From contig JBGSON010000004.1 of the NCBI GenBank assembly GCA_041739085.1, positions 2,366 to 66,365 on the forward strand: a stretch of DNA of 64,000 nucleotides. Reading direction: 5' to 3'. The DNA comes from Candidatus Altimarinota bacterium. Its GTDB lineage: Bacteria > Patescibacteriota > Gracilibacteria > CAIRYL01. Positions 16,475 to 24,404 of this stretch are shown here, in pieces. Positions within the stretch are counted from its first letter, which is position 1. Every line of letters begins with the position of its first letter. The position numbers and the translations under genes were made by a program. Under the pieces are notes generated by a model, which made no database searches, was not told where the DNA came from, and saw nothing but the letters and a program-made list of their open reading frames with translations.

Positions 16475-17257
16475 TCAACTCTGCACTTCATGTTTCTGAA
16501 TGAGCGCATGCACAGTCTCCTGAGAAATGATCTCCTCAAACACCGCTCTTGCCGCGAACGGTTTTTCAGAATAAGCGTGGATCGCGCGAAAGATGATCAA
16601 GAAAAGTTTCAGGGAATCTTTCGGTGAAAGTCGTAACCGGGAATGGTCTTCAATGCGGGAATTTCGGTAGAAGTGGAAGCACTTCAGCTCGGTGAATGAC
16701 AGAGGGATTGCAGAGAAATCAGACGTTCCGCAGCAGTTCACTCCGCCCCCCGGGACCCAGGAAAGAGATTTTTCTTTACTGAATGTCTCGCCGCACGTCC
16801 CGCATTTCCGGAAATCAGGAAAAATCCCGATCCTGGAAAAGAACTGGACAAGGAACCCGATGATCTCTTCCCGGATTTTTTTCCGTTCAGACATGAGAAA
16901 TGATTCCCAGAGTTCAAAGACTCCGGGGACGGCATGACGGTCCAGAAGAAATCGCTGTGAGATCTCCGCGAGAAGGGAGTACTCCGCGAGGATGAGAGGT
17001 TCGAAGCTCTTGCATGAGCCAATACATTCCACAGTGAGAAGTATTGGAAGTGAGCCTTCATGTTTCGGGACGGTATGGGTCGATTCGATGATCGAAAACG
17101 GCTGGATCACTCCCGAACGCCTGCTCCCTTCTTTTCTCAGTCCTTTCGCGAGAAGCGTCATCTTCCCTTCTTCCCTGGAGAGGAGCGTGACGAGAGCGTC
17201 TTTTTCCTGATACGGTTTTACTGACCAGATGATCCCCCGGATCGAATTTTCCCGCAT
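16475..17257 (-). CDS. recO: DNA repair protein RecO
   Basis: N-terminal OB region IRGIIWSVKPYQEKDALVTLLSREEGKMTLLAKGLRK and a Cys cluster CGTCGE...CCG. Confidence 0.8.
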   Translation of the reverse strand: MRENSIRGIIWSVKPYQEKDALVTLLSREEGKMTLLAKGLRKEGSRRSGVIQPFSIIESTHTVPKHEGSLPILLTVECIGSCKSFEPLILAEYSLLAEISQRFLLDRHAVPGVFELWESFLMSERKKIREEIIGFLVQFFSRIGIFPDFRKCGTCGETFSKEKSLSWVPGGGVNCCGTSDFSAIPLSFTELKCFHFYRNSRIEDHSRLRLSPKDSLKLFLIIFRAIHAYSEKPFAARAVFEEIISQETVHALIQKHEVQS

Positions 17258-17275
17258 AGGGATCGGTGAGAAAGA

Positions 17276-18238
17276 TTAATCTTCATCCAAAAGATGGCGC
17301 TTCCCGATGAAGCGTTCGATTGCTCCAAAAGCGATGACGGAAGAGGAGACGAGGAGGAGCATGAAGATGAGCCAGAACATTCCCATGAATTCATCCTGGA
17401 GCTCAAAAATGAGATCACTCATAAACACCTGGTCCGAAGACGAGGGGAAAAAATTGATCGCGCTCGGAGCGATCCGGTCGAGGAAGATGCTAAAAATGAG
17501 AAAACTGAAAATGTACGAGATCATGGCCAGCACGACTCCTTCAAGAATAAACGGGAGACGGATAAACCAATGGGACGCTCCGACAAGCCGCATGATGAAG
17601 ATCTCCCGCTTTTTCTGGTGGAGGAGAGAGGAGACGAAGAACCCGATGAGAAACGCGCAGATTGCGAGAAAGACGGTCACGAGGACGAATCCTCCTTTCC
17701 GGAAAAACGAGAGGAGGCGGAGCATCCGGTTCACTTCCTCTTTTTTCTGCTCGTAGGAGTCAAAGAACTCATAATCGATGACGGTCTGAAATTTATCCTG
17801 ATGGAGAAACTCAAAGATCTCATCCGGTCCCATGAGTCCGGGAATGATCTCGACGGAATCCTGGAGAGGATTCTTAAATTCATACCGTTCGAGAAAACGG
17901 ACTTTTTCCGGGAATTTCTTCTTCATCTCCTCGAGGGCGTATTCCTTTGAGAAAAAGGTGTAGGACTTGATCTTCCCGTCTTCCGCCATCCGGTCGAGTT
18001 CCGAGAGGAACGCGTCCGTCTGGATCTTCGGGAGGTCTTTCTGGAAAAAGACTCCGATGTCTATTTTCTTCTCCACCCGGTCGATGATCCGCTGGGAAGA
18101 ATCACTCACGGAGAGAACCATCCAGGTGAGAAAAAACACCATCGCCATGGAGACGACCGTTCCGATGCTGATCCACCGGTTCCTCCAGAGGACCCGGACG
18201 AATTCCGCAAGCGCCCGCTTCAGGGAGAGGAGATTCAT
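17276..18238 (-). CDS. ftsX: cell-division ABC-transporter permease-like protein FtsX
   Basis: 320 aa. One N-terminal TM, a large external loop and three C-terminal TMs. FIMRLVGASHWFIRLPFILEG is FtsX-like. No ftsE lies adjacent. Confidence 0.75.
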   Translation of the reverse strand: MNLLSLKRALAEFVRVLWRNRWISIGTVVSMAMVFFLTWMVLSVSDSSQRIIDRVEKKIDIGVFFQKDLPKIQTDAFLSELDRMAEDGKIKSYTFFSKEYALEEMKKKFPEKVRFLERYEFKNPLQDSVEIIPGLMGPDEIFEFLHQDKFQTVIDYEFFDSYEQKKEEVNRMLRLLSFFRKGGFVLVTVFLAICAFLIGFFVSSLLHQKKREIFIMRLVGASHWFIRLPFILEGVVLAMISYIFSFLIFSIFLDRIAPSAINFFPSSSDQVFMSDLIFELQDEFMGMFWLIFMLLLVSSSVIAFGAIERFIGKRHLLDED

Positions 18239-18702
18239 CGAGGGGGATAAAGGGGGTCCGGAAAGATATTCCGGAGTTTTGACGACTTGAATTCTTCTGC
18301 AAAATGAGGCAAAAGTCGAGTGATTTTTGCGTTCGGGAAATTATTTCGGAGGAGCTCCATCGGCGCTTCCTGGTCGTATCCGAGCGCGATGACATCAGGA
18401 TCAATGATCCTGGGGAGAGAAAGATAGTCCGTGGGTCTGCCGAGAGAGACATGATCTGCGATGCCGAGTGTTTCGACATGATTTCTTCTCATCGTCTCTG
18501 AAAAACGCGGGGGCTTTTTCTTTCTCTTTTCCACCGTCGCATCGAGAGCAACGATGACAAAGAGTTCATCGCCGAGATTCTTTGCGTTTTTCAAAAAATC
18601 GATGTGCCCCGGGTGGATGATATCGAAAGTCCCGAAAGCGAGGACTCGGATCTTCTCTTTTTTCTTCTCCGGAATGTGCAATGCGGGAGCGTTCATATTC
18701 AA
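18235..18702 (-). CDS. cytidylyltransferase-fold nucleotidyltransferase (RibL/TagD-like)
   Basis: 155 aa with RVLAFGTFDIIHPGHIDFL (HxGH motif). Overlaps ftsX by 4 nt. Confidence 0.7.
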   Translation of the reverse strand: MNMNAPALHIPEKKKEKIRVLAFGTFDIIHPGHIDFLKNAKNLGDELFVIVALDATVEKRKKKPPRFSETMRRNHVETLGIADHVSLGRPTDYLSLPRIIDPDVIALGYDQEAPMELLRNNFPNAKITRLLPHFAEEFKSSKLRNIFPDPLYPPR

Positions 18703-18810
18703 TCTCTCTAGTGACGTGATTATAACAGTATCGGAGAAAAATCATCAGATGAAATTTCTTGCAAAAAGTGCAGAGAACGAGTATGAATAATCCCTTTCAA
18801 AAATGTATCC

Positions 18811-19191
18811 ATGACAACGAAAGCACGAAAATATCCGGATCATGAAGTTGCAGTAAGGAGGATTGATTGGTTTGCGGAAAACGGTTTCTTTACCCCCGGG
18901 CAGGCGGAGATCTATAAAATGGCGAGTCAGTGTTCTGAGACTGACCGAAAATATCCTTCTGCGCTCATCATGCTCGGTGTGGCGAAACACTGCATGGCCA
19001 TTCTCGAGTCCCTGGGAAATGAGGAAGAGAGAGACGGATCCAGGATTGAAGTTGAAACGAGAAGGATCAGGAACATTCTGGGGATCATACCCTGCCATAG
19101 AGGAGTGGTGGCTCATCGCAGTGCTGTCATCGAAGCATTTCAGGCTCAGGAAACGCAATTCGTTGAGACAGAAGAATCTCCTCAAGGGTAA
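18811..19191 (+). CDS. hypothetical protein (weakly supported)
   Basis: 126-aa ORF filling the gap between the nucleotidyltransferase gene and thrS. Its composition is more protein-like than the overlapping minus-strand ORF 18745-19254. No family recognised. Confidence 0.3.
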   Translation: MTTKARKYPDHEVAVRRIDWFAENGFFTPGQAEIYKMASQCSETDRKYPSALIMLGVAKHCMAILESLGNEEERDGSRIEVETRRIRNILGIIPCHRGVVAHRSAVIEAFQAQETQFVETEESPQG

Positions 19192-19213
19192 AGCCAGCAG
19201 ATCCGCAAGTGAT

Positions 19214-21013
19214 CTATTTCCTCTCCGATTCCAATTGTGCGAGGAAATCCTCAAGCTTCATCACTTTCTGCTTCTCTTCCCCGTACTTTCGGATGGTGAC
19301 GGTATTTTCGTCTTTCTCCTTATTCCCGACGATGACGGTATAGGGGATTTTTCTCATCTGGGAATCCCGGATCCTTTTATCGAGAGAATCGCGCGTGTCA
19401 TATCGGTCTATCCGGATGAGTTTTTCCCGGAGCTTCTTCTCCACTTCTTCCCCGTATGATTCGTGGATGGCGGCGACGGGAAGGATGGCGACCTGGACCG
19501 GGGCGAACCAGAAGGGGAATGCTCCGGCATAATGCTCGATGAGGATGGCTGCGAACCTCTCAAGGGATCCGAGGAGCGCGCGGTGGATCATGAAGGGTTG
19601 TTCTTCCTCGCCCTTCTCATTTACATACTTCATCTCGAACCGCGCCGGGAGATTGAAATCGAACTGCACCGTCGAGAGCTGCCATTCGCGTCCGAGGGAA
19701 TCTTTCACCTTGAAATCCACTTTTGGTCCGTAAAAAGCCGCTTCTCCGATATCCAGGACAAAGGGGATTTTCTTCTTGTTCAGGATATCCACGATCGTTT
19801 TTTCCGCGATTTCCCAGTCCTTGTCTTTCCCGAGGTATTTCTCTTTCTTCTTCGGATCGCGGAATGAAGCATACATGTTGATGGTAAATCCGAAAGTCTC
19901 TTCGAGGACGAACTTTCCGAAGTCGATGACATCTCCGAATTCTTTCGCGAGCTGGTCGCGCCGGCACATGATGTGGGCGTCATCCTGAGTGAATCCGCGC
20001 ACTCTCGTGAGGCCTCCGAGTTCACCCTTCTGCTCGAAACGGTAGACCGTCCCGAACTCATAGTACCGGAGAGGAAAATCGCGGTAAGAGTGAGGATCGG
20101 AGGTGTAGATCTTGATGTGGAACGGACAGTTCATCGGCTTCAAAAGATAGATCTCGTTCTCATCCGGTTTGCGCTTGTCCTGGTAATCCGCGAGAGTCTG
20201 ACCGAGCTCGATCGGAGGATACATGGAATTGTTATAAAAACCCCAGTGTCCGGACATCTCCCAGAGCGCTTTCCGGCCGATATGGGGAGTCATGACGGGG
20301 ATATATCCTCGCCGGAGCTGATGATCCTCAAACCACCGTTTTATGACCATGAGCATCGTCGCACCATTCGGCTTCCAGAGTGGGAGTCCGAGTCCGACTT
20401 CCGGGTCGATGGTATAAAGACCGAGTTGCTTTCCGAGGACGCGGTGGTCCCTCTTCTTCGCTTCCTCGATCTGATAGAGGTATTCGTCGAGTTCTTCCTT
20501 CGTATCAAACGCTGTGCCGTATATCCTCGTGAGCATCTGATTTTTTTCATCCCCTCGCCAGTACGCGCCGGCAAGTTTCATGAGTTTGAACGCTCCGAGT
20601 TCTCCGGTGGAATTCAGATGCGGGCCCGCGCAGAGATCGCGGTAAAACGGTTTTTCCTGTTCCCCGAAATCATAGAACGAGAAGACTTTCTCGCCGTCTT
20701 TTTTCAAATCCTCGATGAGTTCAAGTTTGAACGGATCATGGGCAAAGAGTTTTTTCGCGGTCTTATAATCTGTTTCATATCTCCGGATGGGAAAATTCTT
20801 GTTCACGATCCATCGCATCTTTTTCTCGATCTCCTTGAACTCGGAATCGGAGATCTTCTCCTCTCCGAAATCAAAATCCTGATAAAACCCGTCATCAGTC
20901 CAGGGGCCGACTCCCATCTTTATGTTCGGGAACATCATCCTCACCGCGGCGGTCATGATGTGGGAACCGGAATGCCGGCGGCGGATATCTTTTTCGTTTT
21001 GAACTTTTGCCAT
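19214..21013 (-). CDS. thrS: threonyl-tRNA synthetase lacking the N-terminal TGS domain
   Basis: Trimmed to ATG 21013 (MAKVQNEKDIRRRHSGSHIMTAAV). HSGSH editing-domain motif, class II motifs YRDLCAGPH and RVRGFTQDDAH, and an anticodon-binding C-terminus. Confidence 0.9.
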   Translation of the reverse strand: MAKVQNEKDIRRRHSGSHIMTAAVRMMFPNIKMGVGPWTDDGFYQDFDFGEEKISDSEFKEIEKKMRWIVNKNFPIRRYETDYKTAKKLFAHDPFKLELIEDLKKDGEKVFSFYDFGEQEKPFYRDLCAGPHLNSTGELGAFKLMKLAGAYWRGDEKNQMLTRIYGTAFDTKEELDEYLYQIEEAKKRDHRVLGKQLGLYTIDPEVGLGLPLWKPNGATMLMVIKRWFEDHQLRRGYIPVMTPHIGRKALWEMSGHWGFYNNSMYPPIELGQTLADYQDKRKPDENEIYLLKPMNCPFHIKIYTSDPHSYRDFPLRYYEFGTVYRFEQKGELGGLTRVRGFTQDDAHIMCRRDQLAKEFGDVIDFGKFVLEETFGFTINMYASFRDPKKKEKYLGKDKDWEIAEKTIVDILNKKKIPFVLDIGEAAFYGPKVDFKVKDSLGREWQLSTVQFDFNLPARFEMKYVNEKGEEEQPFMIHRALLGSLERFAAILIEHYAGAFPFWFAPVQVAILPVAAIHESYGEEVEKKLREKLIRIDRYDTRDSLDKRIRDSQMRKIPYTVIVGNKEKDENTVTIRKYGEEKQKVMKLEDFLAQLESERK

Positions 21014-21112
21014 ATGCAATGAGATGAAAGGCGGCGGGAGAAAAGTCGGACGGTATTGTATCTGTCTTTCACGGAATTGTGAATGTCCGTCCGCGATATT
21101 TCCCAAAAGAAT

Positions 21113-21139
21113 AAAAAAAACCCACTCTCGCGATGTGGG
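21113..21139 (-). terminator. hairpin plus U8, terminator or attenuator-like, about 100 nt upstream of the thrS start
   Basis: The minus strand reads cccacatcgcgagagtggg followed by tttttttt. The stem is only 5 bp (GC-rich) with a 9-nt loop. An upstream ggggtt...aacccc pairing could compete with it. Confidence 0.35.
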
Positions 21140-21239
21140 GTTCGGATGAAAGAAAAATCACATATCAGCATCACAACCCCACAGCGTCTGTGGTCGAGGT
21201 GGTTGCCGTAGTGGTGAAGATCCTTTTCATACCAAAACC

Positions 21240-21268
21240 ATTGTATCACATCCCCTCCGGACAAACAA
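21240..21268 (-). promoter_or_regulatory. sigma70-like promoter upstream of the thrS leader
   Basis: On the minus strand: TTGTTT, 17 nt, TACAAT. It would give a leader of about 220 nt, or a transcript of about 120 nt ending at the U8 hairpin. Confidence 0.3.
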
Positions 21269-21373
21269 CGGCACTCGAACCGGAATTGAGAGAAGTGTCA
21301 CAAAGAAGGTGAACGTTACAGGTTTTAAAAATGAGAAAGTTGATGGCAGGGATGTAGCTCCTCAGATTATTTA

Positions 21374-21403
21374 TTGGCTCGGGACACGTCTCATGTCTAT
21401 AAT
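21374..21403 (+). promoter_or_regulatory. sigma70-like promoter for the membrane-protein gene at 21477
   Basis: TTGGCT, 18 nt, TATAAT, located 73 nt upstream of the ATG. Confidence 0.35.
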
Positions 21404-21476
21404 GCATGAGGCTCAGAAAAACTAGTGGAGAAAAACAATTTTACGTTTTTTTAGGAATTATTCTCATACATAAAAG

Positions 21477-22223
21477 ATGAAAATCGCTCATAAAATCATA
21501 CTCTTCATCGTTGGTTTTTCCGGGATTTTTCACCTTTCCCGGGCTTTTGAGTACTACCACCGGAATATCCTCCTTGCCGATCTCGGCGGTATCCCCTGGC
21601 TCTATTCGACGATCGGAGTGATCTTCTCCATCATCGCGGCATTCGCGATCCAGAAAGAATGGGAAAACTGGAACAGTCTGGTCGAAGCGGCAAAAAGCGA
21701 AGTCGACTCGCTCGAAGAACTCTGGATCTGGACCGGGCACATGACAAGCCGGACAGGGAAGAAGATAAAAGAATTAATCGTGGAATATCTCAAAACGATC
21801 ATCCATGAAGGATGGAAGAAGAGCGTAAAAGGAGAAAGGAGTGAAGAGGCGGAAGAGATCTTGTCATCGCTCCGCGATGAGCTTTTTATGCCGGGGAGAA
21901 AGGGTTCCGAGTTCATGAGGAACTACTCTGTTCTCCTGAGCGATATCCTGAGACAGCGGAAGAACCGGCTCCATTACAGCACGCGACATATGCCGGACAT
22001 CCTTCACTACACCCTTATTTTTTCCACGAGCCTCCTCGTCGGCCTCTCTCTCCTCATCGGGATAAGAAACGTATGGCTCGATTATATTTTTACCCTCGGA
22101 ATCGCGACCCTCGCGTTTACGGTGTACGTCGTCATCTCCGATCTCGATAGGCCTCTCCAACCAGGGGGATGGCACTTTACGACGAAGGATTATAAAGAAC
22201 TGCTTCAGAGAATACAGAAGTAG
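21477..22223 (+). CDS. hypothetical membrane protein (possibly DUF4239-like)
   Basis: 248 aa. Two N-terminal and two C-terminal hydrophobic helices flank a charged helical middle. The DUF4239 assignment is from memory of that architecture only. Confidence 0.5.
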   Translation: MKIAHKIILFIVGFSGIFHLSRAFEYYHRNILLADLGGIPWLYSTIGVIFSIIAAFAIQKEWENWNSLVEAAKSEVDSLEELWIWTGHMTSRTGKKIKELIVEYLKTIIHEGWKKSVKGERSEEAEEILSSLRDELFMPGRKGSEFMRNYSVLLSDILRQRKNRLHYSTRHMPDILHYTLIFSTSLLVGLSLLIGIRNVWLDYIFTLGIATLAFTVYVVISDLDRPLQPGGWHFTTKDYKELLQRIQK

Positions 22224-22385
22224 GAGTTTGTGTTTTCAGACAACAGAGAGGAATTACCCCTCGTCGGAGTCTCTCTGACGAAGGAAGAGGACTCCGACGC
22301 AACTGTTGGTGTTTTCGGCGGAGTCCCTCATTTCATTCGTAGACGCCGCTGGGTAGAAATAATCCGAAGTTTAGTCGCAATACTA

Positions 22386-23540
22386 CTACCGAATGGAGGT
22401 AACAGCTGCGCATGCATTATCGAGGAGTTCCATCTCGCTGTTCATTATGAGCATCGTATTTTGAGGAACGCAGAAAGTTCCTTTTCCCGGAAGATCGATG
22501 ATAAAGGTTCCTTCCTCCATGGAGCTGATTCTATCATTCGGTCCGAGAACGCTGTCTTTTGTGAGTGGAATAACTCTTCCGTCTGCTTTGATCACCCGCA
22601 CGTCGCCTGCGATTTTCGACACGGAAGCAACGGGCGTTTCATCTTTTCCCAGGGGATTGTCTCCTATTGTGGGAATGCGGGAAATACAGTCTGATTTCAT
22701 TTCTTCACTCGGAAGTTTCTGACAGCCTTCTGGGTCTTTCTTGCCAATGGCAACCTCTAAAAGACATTGATCTTTGCTGTAAGAAACAAGGCCGCCTTTA
22801 ATTTTTCCGCAGAGATTGTAATCCCCCTGGGATACGGCCGACATGAGATAGCATTTGTCTTTCGGAGGATTTTGGCCCTCGAAAGACTCACCTTTTATTT
22901 TTTCACAAGTATTTGCATTACCGGACTGGACGGCCATCTGCTGATAGCAATGATCGGAATCGGGATTCAAATCACAGGCAGAGTCCAGAAAGGAGCTCAG
23001 GGAACAACTACTAAAACTGAAAAGTATCAGGAGCAGAAGCATCACTTTTCTCCCCTTGGAAATGAGTCTTATTGAGAACCAAAACCCAAAGAGAAGAGCA
23101 AGAGAAAGGAGAGAAATCCCAAAAGGGACTCCAATAAATGATTTTATACTGCTTCCAAGAGCGGTAAATCGGGGTTCCAGATAGACAAGATCAAAAGCGA
23201 GGAAACCAAAAAGGACGAGAATAATGGAGAAGAGGATCATGTTCGCATAGTACGATTTCCGGCGGAATGTCGTAAAAATAAGCATGAGAAAGAGAAGGAA
23301 CAAAGAAAAAACAACACCGATTATTCCTCCGATGAGGAGCGCTTTCTTTTTTATAAGAAGCACCATGTTGAGTCCGTTTGCATCAAACCCGCTTTTAATG
23401 AGAGGGATATCCACAGATTTGAGATACAGATTATTTTTCAAGAGCGTGAAGGAAACGAAGAAAACACCGCAAAAAAGAAAAAGAGTAGTGACAAAATATA
23501 GAAACGCTTCCCCAAATAGTTTTTTTGATTCAGACATCAT
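22386..23540 (-). CDS. hypothetical membrane protein with Cys-pair repeats and a FecR-like C-terminal region
   Basis: 384 aa with about 6 TM helices. Three repeats follow of the form D.C(x14-15)C.KIKG (DHCYQQMAVQSGNANTCEKIKG, DKCYLMSAVSQGDYNLCGKIKG, DQCLLEVAIGKKDPEGCQKL). The beta-rich tail (IAGDVRVIKADGRVIPLTKDSVLGPNDRISS) is reminiscent of FecR domains. GC is lower than the surroundings. Confidence 0.6.
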   Translation of the reverse strand: MMSESKKLFGEAFLYFVTTLFLFCGVFFVSFTLLKNNLYLKSVDIPLIKSGFDANGLNMVLLIKKKALLIGGIIGVVFSLFLLFLMLIFTTFRRKSYYANMILFSIILVLFGFLAFDLVYLEPRFTALGSSIKSFIGVPFGISLLSLALLFGFWFSIRLISKGRKVMLLLLILFSFSSCSLSSFLDSACDLNPDSDHCYQQMAVQSGNANTCEKIKGESFEGQNPPKDKCYLMSAVSQGDYNLCGKIKGGLVSYSKDQCLLEVAIGKKDPEGCQKLPSEEMKSDCISRIPTIGDNPLGKDETPVASVSKIAGDVRVIKADGRVIPLTKDSVLGPNDRISSMEEGTFIIDLPGKGTFCVPQNTMLIMNSEMELLDNACAAVTSIR

Positions 23541-23928
23541 GAATTAGTGAAATAAGAAAATCAAATCACAGAATACGCTAAAGTGAAAAACTTAATTAGT
23601 CCATATGTATGAATGTTTTGTGACGGGCACCCCTCCGATTGGTCAAGTTTTTTGGACTTGGCCGTTTGGTAATATAAAAACGTTCGAGTCCAAACGAACG
23701 ATCAGTGGCCTCCCTGCGGCTTCACAAGGAATGGAACACAAACGGGGCGGAACGACTCAGGGAGAGTCGTTCCATCGGGATGCTTTCTGTAATTTTTCGT
23801 AAAGGCTCATATTTAATCTTTTGTTATTCCGGCTTGATAATAGTTGTTTATCCCTTATAAATAAATCATTTTCGTAGCGGATCGGAGAAAACTCCGTATT
23901 TCCCCCTCTATCAAAAAAGAAAAATATT

Positions 23929-24231
23929 TTACTCCTTATTCTTCTTTTGGTTATATATTTTTTTTGCCAGGAGATAAATAATCAATCCAACTCCCGCGCC
24001 AAACCCAGCCCCGACTAATAATCCATAATTGCCACAAGCTTCATATCCGCGCAAGCCGAATGAATTACAGCAAAAACAATCACAGTTTTTCCCAGGCATG
24101 TCGCATTGATTGCCACCATATTCCATAAACTTCAACAATCCACCTATTCCAAAGATAGTGGCTCCCGCAAGGGCGGATAAAATGGAGTACACATACTTTT
24201 TCATAATGTTATGGGTAAAAAATATTGCCAA
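23929..24231 (-). CDS. small Cys-rich membrane protein, hypothetical
   Basis: 100-aa ORF (a start at MKKYVYS is possible). Two hydrophobic helices flank CDMPGKNCDCFCCNSFGLRGYEAC. Very AT-rich. Confidence 0.4.
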   Translation of the reverse strand: MAIFFTHNIMKKYVYSILSALAGATIFGIGGLLKFMEYGGNQCDMPGKNCDCFCCNSFGLRGYEACGNYGLLVGAGFGAGVGLIIYLLAKKIYNQKKNKE

Positions 24232-24287
24232 ATATTAAAAAATGAAAGAAAAAAATTTTATTATTTCGTCTCACTGCATATCATGCG

Positions 24288-24320
24288 AACCTTTTTTAAC
24301 TTTTAAACTTTATAACTTCT
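24288..24320 (-). repeat. TAAAGTT-type periodic repeat (family 1) immediately 3' of the tRNA
   Basis: The minus strand reads gagaagttataaagtttaaaagttaaaaaaggtt and starts 1 nt after the tRNA CCA end. It shares the exact 12-mer actttataactt (plus strand) with the block at 3047-3138. Confidence 0.55.
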
Positions 24321-24321
24321 C

Positions 24322-24396
24322 TGGTGCCCCCGACAGGAATCGGACCTGTATCTAGGCGTTAGGAGTGCCTTGTTCTATCCGTTGAACTACGGGAGC
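24322..24396 (-). tRNA. tRNA-Arg (anticodon CCU), CCA encoded
   Basis: The reverse complement folds as GCTCCCG TA GTTC AACGGATA GAAC A AGGCA CTCCTAA CGCCT AGAT ACAGG TCCGATT CCTGT CGGGGGC A CCA. That gives a 7-bp acceptor stem (one U-G), 4-bp D stem, 5-bp T stem, U33 and A37. Oddities are an A31-C39 mismatch and a T-loop reading TCC instead of TTC. Confidence 0.8.
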
Positions 24397-24404
24397 AGAT
24401 GTCT

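Noticed and set aside
18745-19254. 169-aa minus-strand ORF overlapping the 3' end of thrS.
   Set aside because: It has an Arg/Ser/Phe-rich composition and overlaps thrS. The plus-strand ORF 18811-19191 looks more protein-like, though it is itself only weakly supported.
19973-21022. 349-aa plus-strand ORF. Similar long antisense ORFs occur at 25211-26233, 12809-13642, 8562-9362, 40553-41365, 15402-16202 and 51331-52065.
   Set aside because: Each is antisense to a confidently identified conserved gene (thrS, murA, rpsA, pilT, the lyase, relA, tsaE) and has biased, non-protein-like composition. They are shadow ORFs caused by codon bias.
21190-21215. T-box-like core 'gaggtggttgccg' in the spacer upstream of thrS.
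   Set aside because: It is on the plus strand, that is, antisense to thrS. The minus-strand leader contains only its complement. No specifier loop or stem I features were seen.
21340-21410. tRNA-like start 'ggcagggatgtagctc'. It also recalls part of E. coli 4.5S RNA (GGGAUGUAGCU).
   Set aside because: No D-arm, anticodon-arm or T-arm can be completed, there is no GGTTCGA-type T-loop, and the SRP domain IV core (GGAA tetraloop with AGCA bulge) is absent. I treat it as chance similarity. A sigma70-like promoter overlaps the region instead.
22289-22326. 8-bp inverted repeat ggactccg...cggagtcc between the convergent genes at 22223 and 22386, considered as a terminator.
   Set aside because: The loop is 22 nt and there is no flanking T-tract on either strand. 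That is too weak to annotate as a feature.
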